Positions 27,448-39,162 of a stretch of DNA of 64,000 nucleotides are shown here, piece after piece. The stretch comes from a virus (lineage: Duplodnaviria; Caudoviricetes), in IMG/VR virus record IMGVR_UViG_2905444465_000001, positions 1-64,000 of that record; one strand, written 5' to 3'. Position numbers and translations under genes: made by a program. Under the pieces are notes generated by a model. The model did not search any database. It had not been told where the DNA came from and saw nothing but the letters and a program-made list of their open reading frames with translations. The first letter of the stretch is position 1, and every line of letters starts with the position of its first letter.

Positions 27448-27863
27448 ATGGGCCATACACCATTTGGCTATAAAATAGAAAACGGTATCGCAGTTATCGA
27501 TCAACCGGCTGCAGATAAGCTCAGACAACTCTATAAAAATTATCTGAGTGGTATGTCTTTATCAAAGGCTGCATCTGCTGCCGAAATTAAAACTTATCAC
27601 GGCACCGCTAAACGATTGATGGAAAACGCCCATTATCTTGGAGACAGTTTCTATCCTGCCATTATCGATGAAGATACCTATCAAAAAGCACAAGAAGAAC
27701 GCAAACGTCGAGCCACAGCACTCGGACGAAATAATAAGCAAACACAAATGAGGAAGCTACAGATACCTACCCATTTCCATATGGGTGAGGTTGCTGCCCT
27801 TTATGACAATCCCGTCAAGCAGGCAGAATATCTGTACAGCCTCATAGAAAGCGAGAGTAAATA

Positions 27864-27864
<1 letters not shown>
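27448..27864 (+). CDS. Small recombinase-domain protein (middle gene of the three-gene recombinase module)
   Basis: [11 protein letters not shown]...YLG..FYPAII recombinase-domain pattern without a catalytic domain. Confidence 0.75.
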
Positions 27865-29432
<1,568 letters not shown>

Positions 29433-29448
29433 GCCCCATAGACGCACG

Positions 29449-29480
29449 AAACCCTCCTGACCGTGATGGTCGGGAGGGTT
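29449..29480. terminator. Bidirectional intrinsic terminator
   Basis: AACCCTCCTGACC-GTGAT-GGTCGGGAGGGTT between convergent genes. Confidence 0.75.
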
Positions 29481-29485
29481 ATTTT

Positions 29486-30286
29486 TTATTTACTCCAAGG
29501 TAAAAATTCCGAAATAAAATCTGGTATCTGATTAACATTAAGTATCCATGAAACCACTATTATTATGGCAATAATCAAGCATGCAATATTCAGTGCTTTG
29601 ACATTGAATAGTCTTGCGTTTTTTTCGTTTATAGTAAAAATGAATTTAACCAAAATATAAATCACATTAATAAGAACAAACGCCAAAAAGTCAACAACCA
29701 GCAACAATCGAAAAACACTAACCGCAGAAATATTCTGTAAAACAGATGTTGAGAATGTAATTCCCCCAACAAAAGCAAGAACAATAGAAGCGAAAATACC
29801 AAGTATGGAGATGTATTCTTTTTCAACGCCTTTTATCTGTTTTTGCAAGTTTTCTTTCGCTTCTTCTATGCTATCTGCAAAAATGTTATTGACATTTTCA
29901 ATCTGATGTAACGCTAGTTGAAAATGATCATAGATTTTTACAATCATTTTTTTACAGTCTTCATCTACCGAATTATCATCATCAAGAGAATATAACAATA
30001 GTTTTTCTAAATTTGTAGCAAAAACTCCTCGTTGAGACATTTCTAACGAATAAACATAATTGCTGATTTCCGAATAAAGAATCCTGTCCAACTTATTTGT
30101 TGATGTTATATATGATGCGATATTCTCAACCGTTTTCTGCGGATCATACTTCTGAGTATTCATGGATAATGCTTTGCAAATTCCATTGATTTTTCTTTTA
30201 GTGTTATTAAATTTTTTCGATTGCTCTAATGACATTGTTGTATTGTCAGTCGTCCGGAGCAATACATCTAAATTGTCATCAGCCAT
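29486..30286 (-). CDS. Hypothetical protein with 3 C-terminal TM helices (candidate PanT toxin)
   Basis: Overlaps the Panacea gene by 8 nt; soluble helical N-terminus followed by hydrophobic segments. Confidence 0.7.
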   Translation of the reverse strand: MADDNLDVLLRTTDNTTMSLEQSKKFNNTKRKINGICKALSMNTQKYDPQKTVENIASYITSTNKLDRILYSEISNYVYSLEMSQRGVFATNLEKLLLYSLDDDNSVDEDCKKMIVKIYDHFQLALHQIENVNNIFADSIEEAKENLQKQIKGVEKEYISILGIFASIVLAFVGGITFSTSVLQNISAVSVFRLLLVVDFLAFVLINVIYILVKFIFTINEKNARLFNVKALNIACLIIAIIIVVSWILNVNQIPDFISEFLPWSK

Positions 30287-30767
30287 TAAAATACTCCCTT
30301 ATTGCATTAATTGTAATCTCGTTATTTTGATATGGAACATAAGCATCAATCCATGGTGACTGTCTATGGGTTAATGATACAAGATCTGTTGCTGAATAAT
30401 CTGCAAATTTGTCTACAACTTTTTCTATAAGAGCTTTGTCTTCATCTGTAATCGTAGTGTCCTCAAACTCAACCCTTTTAGCATTCCATATATCATTTTC
30501 ATCAAACATAATGTATGATTCTATTGTAGGTATATCTCCACTTCCGTACTGCTTATATTCATGGTAAGCTTCTGGAACAACAGGTCCAAAATCCCATGCT
30601 TCTATCTTCTCATCAAAACAAGGAGTATGGTCTTTCTTTTTTGTTAAAAAATAAGCTTGGATAAAATAAAGCACTTTCTGAAGTTTTAAATTTGAAATTC
30701 CATAGTCATGTTCATTGCTATAATTAATTACATGACGACACACATCTAAAACCTTATAGCTCATCAT
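30279..30767 (-). CDS. Panacea-domain (DUF4065/SocA/GepA) antitoxin
   Basis: ISNLKLQKVLYFIQAY, FDEKIEAWDFGPVVPEAY and LVSLTHRQSPW motifs. Confidence 0.9.
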   Translation of the reverse strand: MMSYKVLDVCRHVINYSNEHDYGISNLKLQKVLYFIQAYFLTKKKDHTPCFDEKIEAWDFGPVVPEAYHEYKQYGSGDIPTIESYIMFDENDIWNAKRVEFEDTTITDEDKALIEKVVDKFADYSATDLVSLTHRQSPWIDAYVPYQNNEITINAIREYFNG

Positions 30768-31103
30768 CTCGACCTCCTTCCTCTGTAAATGTATATTATA
30801 TCACAATCGCTAAGTTTTTGGTGAACTTTTTGATTTTTTTTCTGTCATCTATCCCACTGCCAAGTCTGCCCCTTAGTATCGAGTGGCTTAAACTGCGGTC
30901 GGCTCTGACAACAATCCTGGTGCCACAACCGCTGACATCTAATCCACAGCCTAAACCCTACCGCTATTCTCCGTCTACTCAACTTCTCTCCAATCAGACT
31001 GTAAAGTAGATATGTTTCCATACAAGAAAACCGAGCTTTTCGCAAGGTTCCTCTGATGATGCTCACCTCGCAAAAAGCCCGGAAATACGCCACTTTTTGG
31101 TTC

Positions 31104-32780
31104 TTATTTATCTTTTCTTGACAGCAAACATACCGTCTCAACGGTATTACCTTTTTCCCACAAAAGCCGCCTTACCTCTTGACCATCCCGATATATTGGG
31201 AAATTAAACTCTATCGACTTCAAAGGCTGCTCTGACTCCCCGTTTGGATATATCTGAATTTCTTTTATGAGATAAGTAATAAGGCTTTTCTTTTCCTCGT
31301 CACTTATTATATCATAGAGCTTTCCGAAATTCAGCATAAGCTTGTAAATATTGTCCAGAGTGATTGTTTCCATTTCGATAGAACTTTTTCTCAGCTTTGC
31401 ATCTTCAATCCGTTCTTCCAACTCTACAATCGTATCATACAAGGCATCAAGTCTTAAAGTCATATCGTGAATTTTTCTTTCTCTGAAGCGGGTATCAACA
31501 GGCAGATTATCAATTTCTCTCTCCAGACGTGCTTTGTTCAAATCAACTTCTTTCAGTTTACTCTCGTAATTGGCAAGTTCCTTATCAATAGCTGTTGTAT
31601 CGGTCTGTACGCCAATACGCTTTTCAATCTCTTTTGCAAAATACTTATCGCTTACCAATTCCTTAACAGCTTCAATTACAAGTGGCTCAATATCTGTTTT
31701 TCTCAGAGATGCCTTATAGTCACAATGATGTCCTCGTTCCTGCTTATTTCTGCCGCAAATATAATAGTAAACCTCTTTGTATGTGCCATCTTTATTTGTC
31801 CAAGCGTGTTTGTTCGTATACATTGAACTTCCACAAAGGGGACACTTTAATATCCCCGTCAAAAGGTGTGACCTATCCTTACCGATTTTGGATGGCTGTT
31901 TAATTCCTGTTGCCATACGCTTTGCGTGAACCTTTTGCCACAATTCCTCGCTGATAATTCCTTCATGTTGTCCATCTTCCAGAATGTAATCCTCTGCATG
32001 AACCTGCTTATATTCATTTTTTGTACCTTTTACCTTTTCTCGTGTTCTTCTGCCATAAGCAATCTTTCCACAATAAACAGGATTGTCTAATATCAACCGT
32101 ATAAAATGACTGCTCCAAGTTTCCAATGTGCCGTTCTGACGAGGTATCTTCTTTATACCTTGAAGATTAAGATATTTTGCTACTCCGCCAAGTCCTATAT
32201 CAGAATTAGCAAATTTATCAAATATAATTCTGATTGCTTCAGCTTCCGTTTCTTCTATCAAGAGCTGATTGTCTTTCAGATAATATCCGTATGGTGCAAA
32301 TCCACCATTCCACCCACCTTGTCGTGCTTTTTCTCTCCGTCCATTCATTGTCTGTTCAATGATATTTTCTCTTTCTATTTCTGCAACCGCAGACAAAACA
32401 GAGATTAAAAGTTTTCCACTTGTCTGTGACGAGTCAATTCCTTCTTCAATACAAATAAGATTTATTCCATAAGATTGTACAAACTCTAATGAATTTAGAA
32501 TATCCGCTGCATTTCTTCCGAAACGGGAAAGTTTATAAACCAGAATATAGTCTATCTCCAATCCGTTTTTTATATCGGAAAGCATTTTCTTAAATGCAGG
32601 TCGTCCTTCAATAGATTTTCCTGATTTACCTGCATCCTCATAGATACCGACAATTTCCATTTCTTCTCGGTCAGCAAATCGTTTTAATCCGTTTTTTTGT
32701 CCTTCAAGGCTATATCCGTCTACCTGCATTTCGGTACTTACTCTCGGATACAGGACACATTTCTTTCCTTCTCTGTTCAT
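31104..32780 (-). CDS. Large serine integrase of the ICE; ORF reads through att into an RlmD-like tail
   Basis: LYPRVST catalytic Ser, VYKLSRFGRN, zinc ribbon CPLCG; ends ...WEKGNTVETVCLLSRKDK. Confidence 0.93.
   Translation of the reverse strand: MNREGKKCVLYPRVSTEMQVDGYSLEGQKNGLKRFADREEMEIVGIYEDAGKSGKSIEGRPAFKKMLSDIKNGLEIDYILVYKLSRFGRNAADILNSLEFVQSYGINLICIEEGIDSSQTSGKLLISVLSAVAEIERENIIEQTMNGRREKARQGGWNGGFAPYGYYLKDNQLLIEETEAEAIRIIFDKFANSDIGLGGVAKYLNLQGIKKIPRQNGTLETWSSHFIRLILDNPVYCGKIAYGRRTREKVKGTKNEYKQVHAEDYILEDGQHEGIISEELWQKVHAKRMATGIKQPSKIGKDRSHLLTGILKCPLCGSSMYTNKHAWTNKDGTYKEVYYYICGRNKQERGHHCDYKASLRKTDIEPLVIEAVKELVSDKYFAKEIEKRIGVQTDTTAIDKELANYESKLKEVDLNKARLEREIDNLPVDTRFRERKIHDMTLRLDALYDTIVELEERIEDAKLRKSSIEMETITLDNIYKLMLNFGKLYDIISDEEKKSLITYLIKEIQIYPNGESEQPLKSIEFNFPIYRDGQEVRRLLWEKGNTVETVCLLSRKDK
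31132..31142. repeat. att core ACCGTCTCAAC (junction between island and ICE)
   Basis: Identical to 5442-5452. Confidence 0.8.
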
Positions 32781-32832
32781 CGTACCACCTCCATAATTTT
32801 ATAGGGAAATGTGATATGTAAGGCTGCGTAAC

Positions 32833-32985
32833 TTACGCAGCACAATCCAATTCTTGCAAAACTGTCTTTCCGTATTTTTCAACTATCTGCACCATAACAT
32901 TGATAAATGAATTAAATACTTCGTTTTCATCTTTCATCTGTTCATTTTGCAATTCTGGATTTTGGATATAGTTTTCATTTCCCAT
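32833..32985 (-). CDS. 50-aa hypothetical protein upstream of the integrase
   Basis: MGNENYIQNPELQ...VLQELDCAA* with a GGAGGT RBS; below the ORF-track cutoff. Confidence 0.6.
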   Translation of the reverse strand: MGNENYIQNPELQNEQMKDENEVFNSFINVMVQIVEKYGKTVLQELDCAA

Positions 32986-33010
32986 AATGAGTACCTCCGC
33001 TATAAAACAA

Positions 33011-33044
33011 GCGGCTGTACTCTAAATTATAGAAATACAGCCGC
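33011..33044 (-). terminator. Intrinsic terminator after mazF
   Basis: GCGGCTGTA...TACAGCCGC with flanking A/T runs. Confidence 0.6.
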
Positions 33045-33082
33045 ATTTTTACCAATGTGCAAATTTATCGTTCTCGTCCCTT

Positions 33083-33454
33083 TTACACATCTGTTGCCTT
33101 CATTTTCTCCAATGCAACACTAATGGCAAGAGCCTTATCAACCCTTGCCACTATATCGTCTGGTATCATTCCCAAATACTGCCTTAGTCGCTGCTTATCA
33201 ATCGTTCTTACCTGTTCAAGCAAAATGATTGAGTTCTTATCCAAACCTTCAAAATCATTGATTAAAGTGTGCGTCGGCAATTTTGCTTTGGTGTGTATTC
33301 GGCTTGTGATGGGTGCGACAATGACCGTAGGACTGTGCTTATTACCGACATCGTTTGAAATGATAAGTACAGGTCTTGTTCCGCCTTGCTCCGAGCCGAT
33401 AACGGGATTTAAGTTTGCGTAGTAAATATCTCCACGCTTGAATTTTCTTTCCAT
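33083..33454 (-). CDS. mazF: PemK/MazF-family endoribonuclease toxin
   Basis: [29 protein letters not shown]...IVAPITS...[13 protein letters not shown]. Confidence 0.92.
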   Translation of the reverse strand: MERKFKRGDIYYANLNPVIGSEQGGTRPVLIISNDVGNKHSPTVIVAPITSRIHTKAKLPTHTLINDFEGLDKNSIILLEQVRTIDKQRLRQYLGMIPDDIVARVDKALAISVALEKMKATDV

Positions 33455-34039
33455 TATGTTTGACCTCCCAATTTTATTTAGGCAGGTATGTTCTGCCTAT
33501 GTAGGCAGCCAAACGTAAGGAAGTATTTAAGGTCGGGAGAATATAAACAAAATCTCTGTTCTTATGACCGCCTTTCGTTTGGCTGATATGATAGGAGCAT
33601 TTCAATTTGTCCTCGACACCCCGAAATGCTATGGGAAGTCGCCAAATGGTCAGCAGCGAACTGACACCACGGGAGTTCCACCCCAACTGTCGTTCTGACA
33701 GAGCCGCCCTCATTGCCTGCGACGGTTTTTTCACGCTCGGGCTGTGACTGGACGGGAGTATCATTATCCTCTTTGTGGGTTATGGCGAAATCGGGAGCTG
33801 CCCGATATTTTGAGTCGGTAAAGATAGGCTCACCACCTTTCAATCGCTCGCTGCCGCTTGGCAGGTCGTGGCGTACCGCTGCACACGCTTATGCTCATCA
33901 CAATCACAAAGAGAAAGTATTTGGCGAATGGGTATTCATTTGTCAAGGAGCAATCCCGTTTTCGCCACACAAAGGAAAACAGGGCAAGAGTTTTTTGTCC
34001 TCTCACCCTGTAGCCCGTGGGAATATTCAATTTTCCCCT

Positions 34040-34468
34040 CTACTCAAAAAACTTTTTTAATTTTTCTTTGAGCCTATCCATTCTTCTGTAAACAGCTTTT
34101 TCAGTAATATCCAGATACACCGCAATTTCACGGGTTGAATATCCTTGTATCTTCATCAAAGCAATCTGCAATGTAAGCCTGTCCACCTTAATCAAAACTT
34201 GATAGAGGTGCTGATTTTCGATGCTGTCCAGAAAATCCTCAACCGTTTTGACTTCGGGCTGTGTAGTATCTTCAGCAAGCTCGTCAAGATATGTACCTGT
34301 TTCCTGCACTCGCTGATAATACCGTCTGTCTGAATTAAAAATCGCCCAATCGTGAATACGGAGCTGTTCTATATCGTCCTCAGTAACGCCTAAGTTCCGC
34401 AACTGCTTTTCCTCGGCTTCTTTCCAGAGCCGCCATTTCTTTTCTTCTTTGGCTTTGTTGTATGCCAT
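34040..34468 (-). CDS. Sigma-70 region 4-like ICE regulator
   Basis: C-terminal HTH (QGYSTREIAVYLDITEKAVYRR); start MAYNKA follows GGAGG; paralog of 62240-62665. Confidence 0.8.
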   Translation of the reverse strand: MAYNKAKEEKKWRLWKEAEEKQLRNLGVTEDDIEQLRIHDWAIFNSDRRYYQRVQETGTYLDELAEDTTQPEVKTVEDFLDSIENQHLYQVLIKVDRLTLQIALMKIQGYSTREIAVYLDITEKAVYRRMDRLKEKLKKFFE

Positions 34469-34873
34469 ATCGTTTCCTCCAATCTGAATTTTTGAAAAAT
34501 CCAGATTGGCAGGCGGTGAACGGCAACCGACAGAAAAGCAAAAAGCCGCAAAGGTACTAAGACCTCTACGGCAATAAGCGTAAGCATATCTATAATTAAG
34601 AGATGTAATCTCTACTTGTAAAATGTAAGAGTGCCACGAGTGAGTGATGATTTTTTCTAAAAGATAATCTTCACTCCACTGTGACACTCCGTAAATAGTA
34701 GCTGCTTCTGATGAGCAGCATTGCGGTCATATTCGACCATCGCATAAAAAAATTCCTCCAAACTCGAAAACGGGTTCGGAGGGAAGTTGAATTTTCGTCT
34801 GGGCGTGTTTATACTGCCCACCAAAGCACCGTTTTTTTTATTTGGTGGGCTTGCTTCATATTGATTTTAAAGC

Positions 34874-35950
34874 TTATCTTACTTGATGTTTTGAAAATGC
34901 CTTATGGGAAATGATTGAACCTATTACTACTAAAGCAATCGCAACAGGAATAGACCATACTGCATAAAGCATACCATTGTGCATTTGTTCAACAGACATT
35001 ATGGAAATATACTGTGAATAGAAAAGGGGCATCAGCACAATAATTCGATATAATGCACTTGTTTCAGAGATAGGAAGCATTATCGGTATCACATGAATAG
35101 CTGCTGAAATTACAAACGCTATCATTTGACTTTTACAAACAGCAGACAGAATTAAAACTATTCCTGTTACACTGATTGCACTCATAAACGCCAACAGGAT
35201 TTGATACTTTAATACTGTTCCGCAAGTAATATTAAACGGAATATACCCTTCTAAAAAATCTATTGGAGCAAAAAGGATAGAGCAGTCCAGCCCCTCTGTT
35301 CCATAAATAGCAACCGCAATAAGCAAATTGAAAATAACAACCAAAGTCGTTATGAAAACGGCTGAAAGTAAACTTGCTAATACTTTTGCTGTGGCACATT
35401 TTGTCTTTCCGTATTTACTTGTCAAAATAATGTTATCCACTCCACCATACTCGCCAGAGAAAACAGGAGCAATTAGCAAAATAATTACTAATGAAAGGAC
35501 AATAAAAATCTTCGCCATATTTTGGCTTGTACTAAGCCAACCGTTTACATACCCAACTTTTATTTCTTTATCGCCAAATACATCTGCTACGCTTAACCCG
35601 TTCCAATTTCCATCTATATCAGCAAAATGGGAGAATACAGAAGACTGCAAAGCATTTTGATAAATGTATTTTGCGTTCATTCCATGTAAATCTTGAGTAG
35701 GCTTAAACTCAGACATCATCTGCTGTACTTTATTGTCAGTTAACTTTCCCTCATACTTCAATGCAATTTGCTTATCAATTTCTACCGCAGCTTTTCCAGT
35801 TTCCTCTGCACCGTTTCCGTCAAATGCGTACATACTGTGAAGCGTGGAAAAAGACAGTATCAAGGACAATAGTAATACGGCAGCAACAGAAATAACCGCA
35901 AAGCGTTTTGTCAATATTTTTCGTAATTCAAACTTGATTAGATTTTTCAT
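34874..35950 (-). CDS. ABC-2-type permease (ICE cargo)
   Basis: N-terminal TM helix, loop, multiple TM helices; APVFSGEY...ILTSKYGK. Confidence 0.85.
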   Translation of the reverse strand: MKNLIKFELRKILTKRFAVISVAAVLLLSLILSFSTLHSMYAFDGNGAEETGKAAVEIDKQIALKYEGKLTDNKVQQMMSEFKPTQDLHGMNAKYIYQNALQSSVFSHFADIDGNWNGLSVADVFGDKEIKVGYVNGWLSTSQNMAKIFIVLSLVIILLIAPVFSGEYGGVDNIILTSKYGKTKCATAKVLASLLSAVFITTLVVIFNLLIAVAIYGTEGLDCSILFAPIDFLEGYIPFNITCGTVLKYQILLAFMSAISVTGIVLILSAVCKSQMIAFVISAAIHVIPIMLPISETSALYRIIVLMPLFYSQYISIMSVEQMHNGMLYAVWSIPVAIALVVIGSIISHKAFSKHQVR

Positions 35951-36822
35951 TATTCGTTCACTCCTTTAAAATAGAATAGATACAAATCCTCTAATGTAGG
36001 TTCTACCTTTATCGCATTTTCCATAGGCGACTGTTCAGAAATCACACGCAGAACCGTACAATTATTTTCAATGTTTCGCAAATTGCTTATATTCAGAGTT
36101 TCAGAATATTGCTCCGCACGACTGGTCGGAACTGTACATTCCCATACCTGTCCGTCAATTTCTGTGGTAATTTCCTGCGTTTTTCCAAAATGGAGAATCT
36201 GACCGTCTTTCATCATAATAATGTCCTCAGCAATAAACTCGACATCAGAAACAATGTGCGTAGAGAGAATAACTATTCTATCTTTAGAAAATGCACTAAT
36301 CAGATTACGAAAACGGACACGCTCTTTTGGGTCAAGACCTGCTGTCGGCTCATCTAAAATTAAGATGCGTGGATTATTCAACATCGCCTGTGCAATACCT
36401 AAACGTTGTTTCATACCACCAGAGAAAGTTTTGATTTTGAGGTTCCTTTTCTCTGCTAAATCAACAGCTTCCAACAATTCTGTTGCTTTCTTATGAGCTT
36501 GTTTTTCACTCAGTCCTTTTAATGCCGCAACATACATAAGGAAATCCCAAGCTGTAAAGTCTGGATAATATCCAAACTGTTGCGGTAAATATCCCAATAA
36601 ATTACGGTACTTCTCTCCGAGTACAGATATGTTTTTCCCATCCAAAGTAATTTTCCCAGAGGTCGGTGTCTGAATATCGCAGAGTAACCGCATAAGGGTA
36701 GTTTTTCCCGCACCATTTGCACCAAGCAAACCGTAAACGCCATTTGATAATGAGAGGTTCAAATGGTTTACGGCTGTTTTTGAGCCATATTGCTTTGTTA
36801 GTTGAATTGCTTTAAGTTCCAT
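35950..36822 (-). CDS. ABC transporter ATP-binding protein (ICE cargo)
   Basis: GANGAGKT, FSGGM, LILDE, STH. Confidence 0.95.
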   Translation of the reverse strand: MELKAIQLTKQYGSKTAVNHLNLSLSNGVYGLLGANGAGKTTLMRLLCDIQTPTSGKITLDGKNISVLGEKYRNLLGYLPQQFGYYPDFTAWDFLMYVAALKGLSEKQAHKKATELLEAVDLAEKRNLKIKTFSGGMKQRLGIAQAMLNNPRILILDEPTAGLDPKERVRFRNLISAFSKDRIVILSTHIVSDVEFIAEDIIMMKDGQILHFGKTQEITTEIDGQVWECTVPTSRAEQYSETLNISNLRNIENNCTVLRVISEQSPMENAIKVEPTLEDLYLFYFKGVNE

Positions 36823-36913
36823 ATCAAAAACTCCTTTCGTCTTAGGGAGCAAAAAAATACTCTCCATGTGTTTACATAGAGAGTATAGAATGCAATTTTC
36901 TACTTTTTATCTA

Positions 36914-38089
36914 CTAATCGAGAGATTTGAAAAAAGCAGTCACTTTTGCTCCGATTGAGCAATTTTCAATTTTCAGATAACCACCGTGATGTTCACATAA
37001 AATTTTACAGATATACAGCCCAAGTCCGAAATGCTCAGAGTGATTTTCTTCTTCCGTAAAATATGGATTGGTTGCTTTGCTTAAAATATTTTTTGAAAAG
37101 CCACATCCATTGTCTGAAACAGAGAGATAAAAGCCATCATTATTACTTGTGTAAGTGATGTTTACCTTTGATGTTGCGTATCGGATTGCATTTGAAATCA
37201 AATTATTATTAACTTGTGAAACAAAAGTATAATCAATGCCAATAGGAATATCGGAAATGTTATTTTGAATAGAAAGAGTTTTTCCACTTTGCTCACACAA
37301 AATTCTTGCACTATCAGCTATTGCGGTCACATAACCGCTTATATTAGACTTGTCACTTATGGGTTGAGCATCTTCTAAACGACGCAAGTGGCTCATACTA
37401 TCAACATATCTTTCCAAACGGAAAATATGTTTTCCCATTGTTACAGCGGTGCTTTTGGTTATTGGGTCATGGTTGGACTGTAAAATTTCATTATACCCTT
37501 TTAATACGGTAAGTGGAGTACGTAAATCGTGAGCAAAAGCAGCATTAAGTTGTTTTCGTTCTTCCATTTGCCGCCACATTTCAGAGAAATTATTAGCAAG
37601 GGTAAAACGCATTGTTTCAAATGATGAACACAATTCTCCTAATTCATCTTTGCTGTCATATTTAATTGAGAAGTTTAAATTATTATTAGAAATCATTTCA
37701 GAAGCGGCTTTTAATTCTGTAAGCGGTTTTTTTAACTTGTTTCTATAGAATAACAAGGTCGCCGTAATAATACATAACGCTGAATAAATCGGAGTTGCAA
37801 TTATTGGGGCAACTTCACATATTGAAAGTAACCGTTGGTCTTTTTCAGACATTGCAACAGGTGCAACTCCAATATAATTGCCATCACCGAGTCTTTCTCC
37901 ATTTTCATTTGTTAAATAATATTTTTCTCCTGTTGGGGGATATTTGCTTTCAATCGTTTTTGTAGCATTATTGCACAAAGTAGCTGTTCCTGCACTTAAT
38001 AGAATGGCAAGAATTACAAACGCTGAGATATAAAGTATTATACTTTTTCGCAATGACAGGTTACACCACATTTTCTTTATCTTATCCAC
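36914..38089 (-). CDS. Sensor histidine kinase (HAMP-HisKA-HATPase)
   Basis: AHDLRTPL H-box, NLISNAIRY N-box, GLGLYI G-box, two TM helices. Confidence 0.95.
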   Translation of the reverse strand: MDKIKKMWCNLSLRKSIILYISAFVILAILLSAGTATLCNNATKTIESKYPPTGEKYYLTNENGERLGDGNYIGVAPVAMSEKDQRLLSICEVAPIIATPIYSALCIITATLLFYRNKLKKPLTELKAASEMISNNNLNFSIKYDSKDELGELCSSFETMRFTLANNFSEMWRQMEERKQLNAAFAHDLRTPLTVLKGYNEILQSNHDPITKSTAVTMGKHIFRLERYVDSMSHLRRLEDAQPISDKSNISGYVTAIADSARILCEQSGKTLSIQNNISDIPIGIDYTFVSQVNNNLISNAIRYATSKVNITYTSNNDGFYLSVSDNGCGFSKNILSKATNPYFTEEENHSEHFGLGLYICKILCEHHGGYLKIENCSIGAKVTAFFKSLD

Positions 38090-38751
38090 TTATATCCACA
38101 CCCCCAAACTGTTTCAATATAAGATTTATTTGTGTATGCTGCAATTTTTGTTCGTATTCTGCGAATATGCTCGGCAACAACACTACTATCTCCCTCACTG
38201 TCATATCCCCAAACTCTTTCATAAATTCTCTCTTTATCAAAAACTTGTCCTGCGTTTTGAGATAATAACTCAACAATGTCAAATTCTTTTTTTACAAGAC
38301 CAATAGGTTGGTTCTGTATATAAACAGTTCTTTCAGAGTAGTCAATTAAAAGTTCTCCTGAAAACTTAACTTTTGTATTCGTTTGATGTCGTTCTTCTCT
38401 TCTTAAATGTGCTTGCACTCTGGCTTCAAGTTCAACAAGAGAAAACGGCTTAACAATATAATCATCACCACCTACGGAAAATCCTTGTACCTTATCATTT
38501 TCTTCAATACGGGCAGTTAAAAAGAGTATAGGGCAAGAAACATAATCCCTAATTTTCTTGCAGACTTCCATCCCATCAAGCTTCGGCATATTTATATCTA
38601 ATAAGATTATATCTGGTTGTAATTCTGCTAATTTGAGGGTTTCTACTCCATTATAAGCAGAAAAGACCTCATAGCCCTTGCTTCTAAAAAATCCTGTAAG
38701 CATTTCAACTATATCAACTTCATCATCGGAAATTAAAATCCTGTACCTCAC
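38077..38751 (-). CDS. OmpR-family response regulator (NisR/SpaR-like)
   Basis: LISDDE, LLDINMP, FLTAR, DDYIVKPF and wHTH ETVWGCGY; GTG start follows GGAGGT. Confidence 0.93.
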   Translation of the reverse strand: MRYRILISDDEVDIVEMLTGFFRSKGYEVFSAYNGVETLKLAELQPDIILLDINMPKLDGMEVCKKIRDYVSCPILFLTARIEENDKVQGFSVGGDDYIVKPFSLVELEARVQAHLRREERHQTNTKVKFSGELLIDYSERTVYIQNQPIGLVKKEFDIVELLSQNAGQVFDKERIYERVWGYDSEGDSSVVAEHIRRIRTKIAAYTNKSYIETVWGCGYKWIR

Positions 38752-38788
38752 ATATAACACCTCCATAATAAACACTAACGAAAAATTT

Positions 38789-38968
38789 TCAATTTTTCAT
38801 CAACTTTTTTCTTGCATCAGCAGGCTTTTCAGCATTTTTCGGAATAAGCCACACACGGTTAATATTCATAACCCCCTCAATACGGTTTCCTTTACAAAGT
38901 CTTTGTACCCATCTTAACGATACGTTCCACTTTTCAGCGGCTTCCTGTGCTGTCATATATTCAAACAT
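38789..38968 (-). CDS. Small excisionase-type HTH protein
   Basis: YMTAQEAAEKWNVSLRWVQRLC...WLIP..AEKP. Confidence 0.8.
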   Translation of the reverse strand: MFEYMTAQEAAEKWNVSLRWVQRLCKGNRIEGVMNINRVWLIPKNAEKPADARKKLMKN

Positions 38969-39162
38969 ATCTGACCTCCTAAGGTGTACTGTATATATTA
39001 TAGCCGTTTGAACGAACAGTATCAAGTGTGCAATTATGAACTTTGACCGCTTGTAATAAGAGATTTTATATCCTAATATCAGAGATTTCAAATCGTTCTA
39101 TAAGAACTCACATTTCTGTAAAATATAATAGTAGCATTTTGCAGATACAAGGTGGTGAGTTT

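Noticed and set aside
30970-30983. CCGTCTACTCAAC as a further att core
   Set aside because: It needs a 3-nt gap to match the 11-bp core and has no RlmD-like reading around it, so it could be chance.
33474-34030. ORFs upstream of mazF as its antitoxin
   Set aside because: They have no AbrB, RHH or HTH signature, are not coupled to mazF and have atypical composition. Left uncalled.
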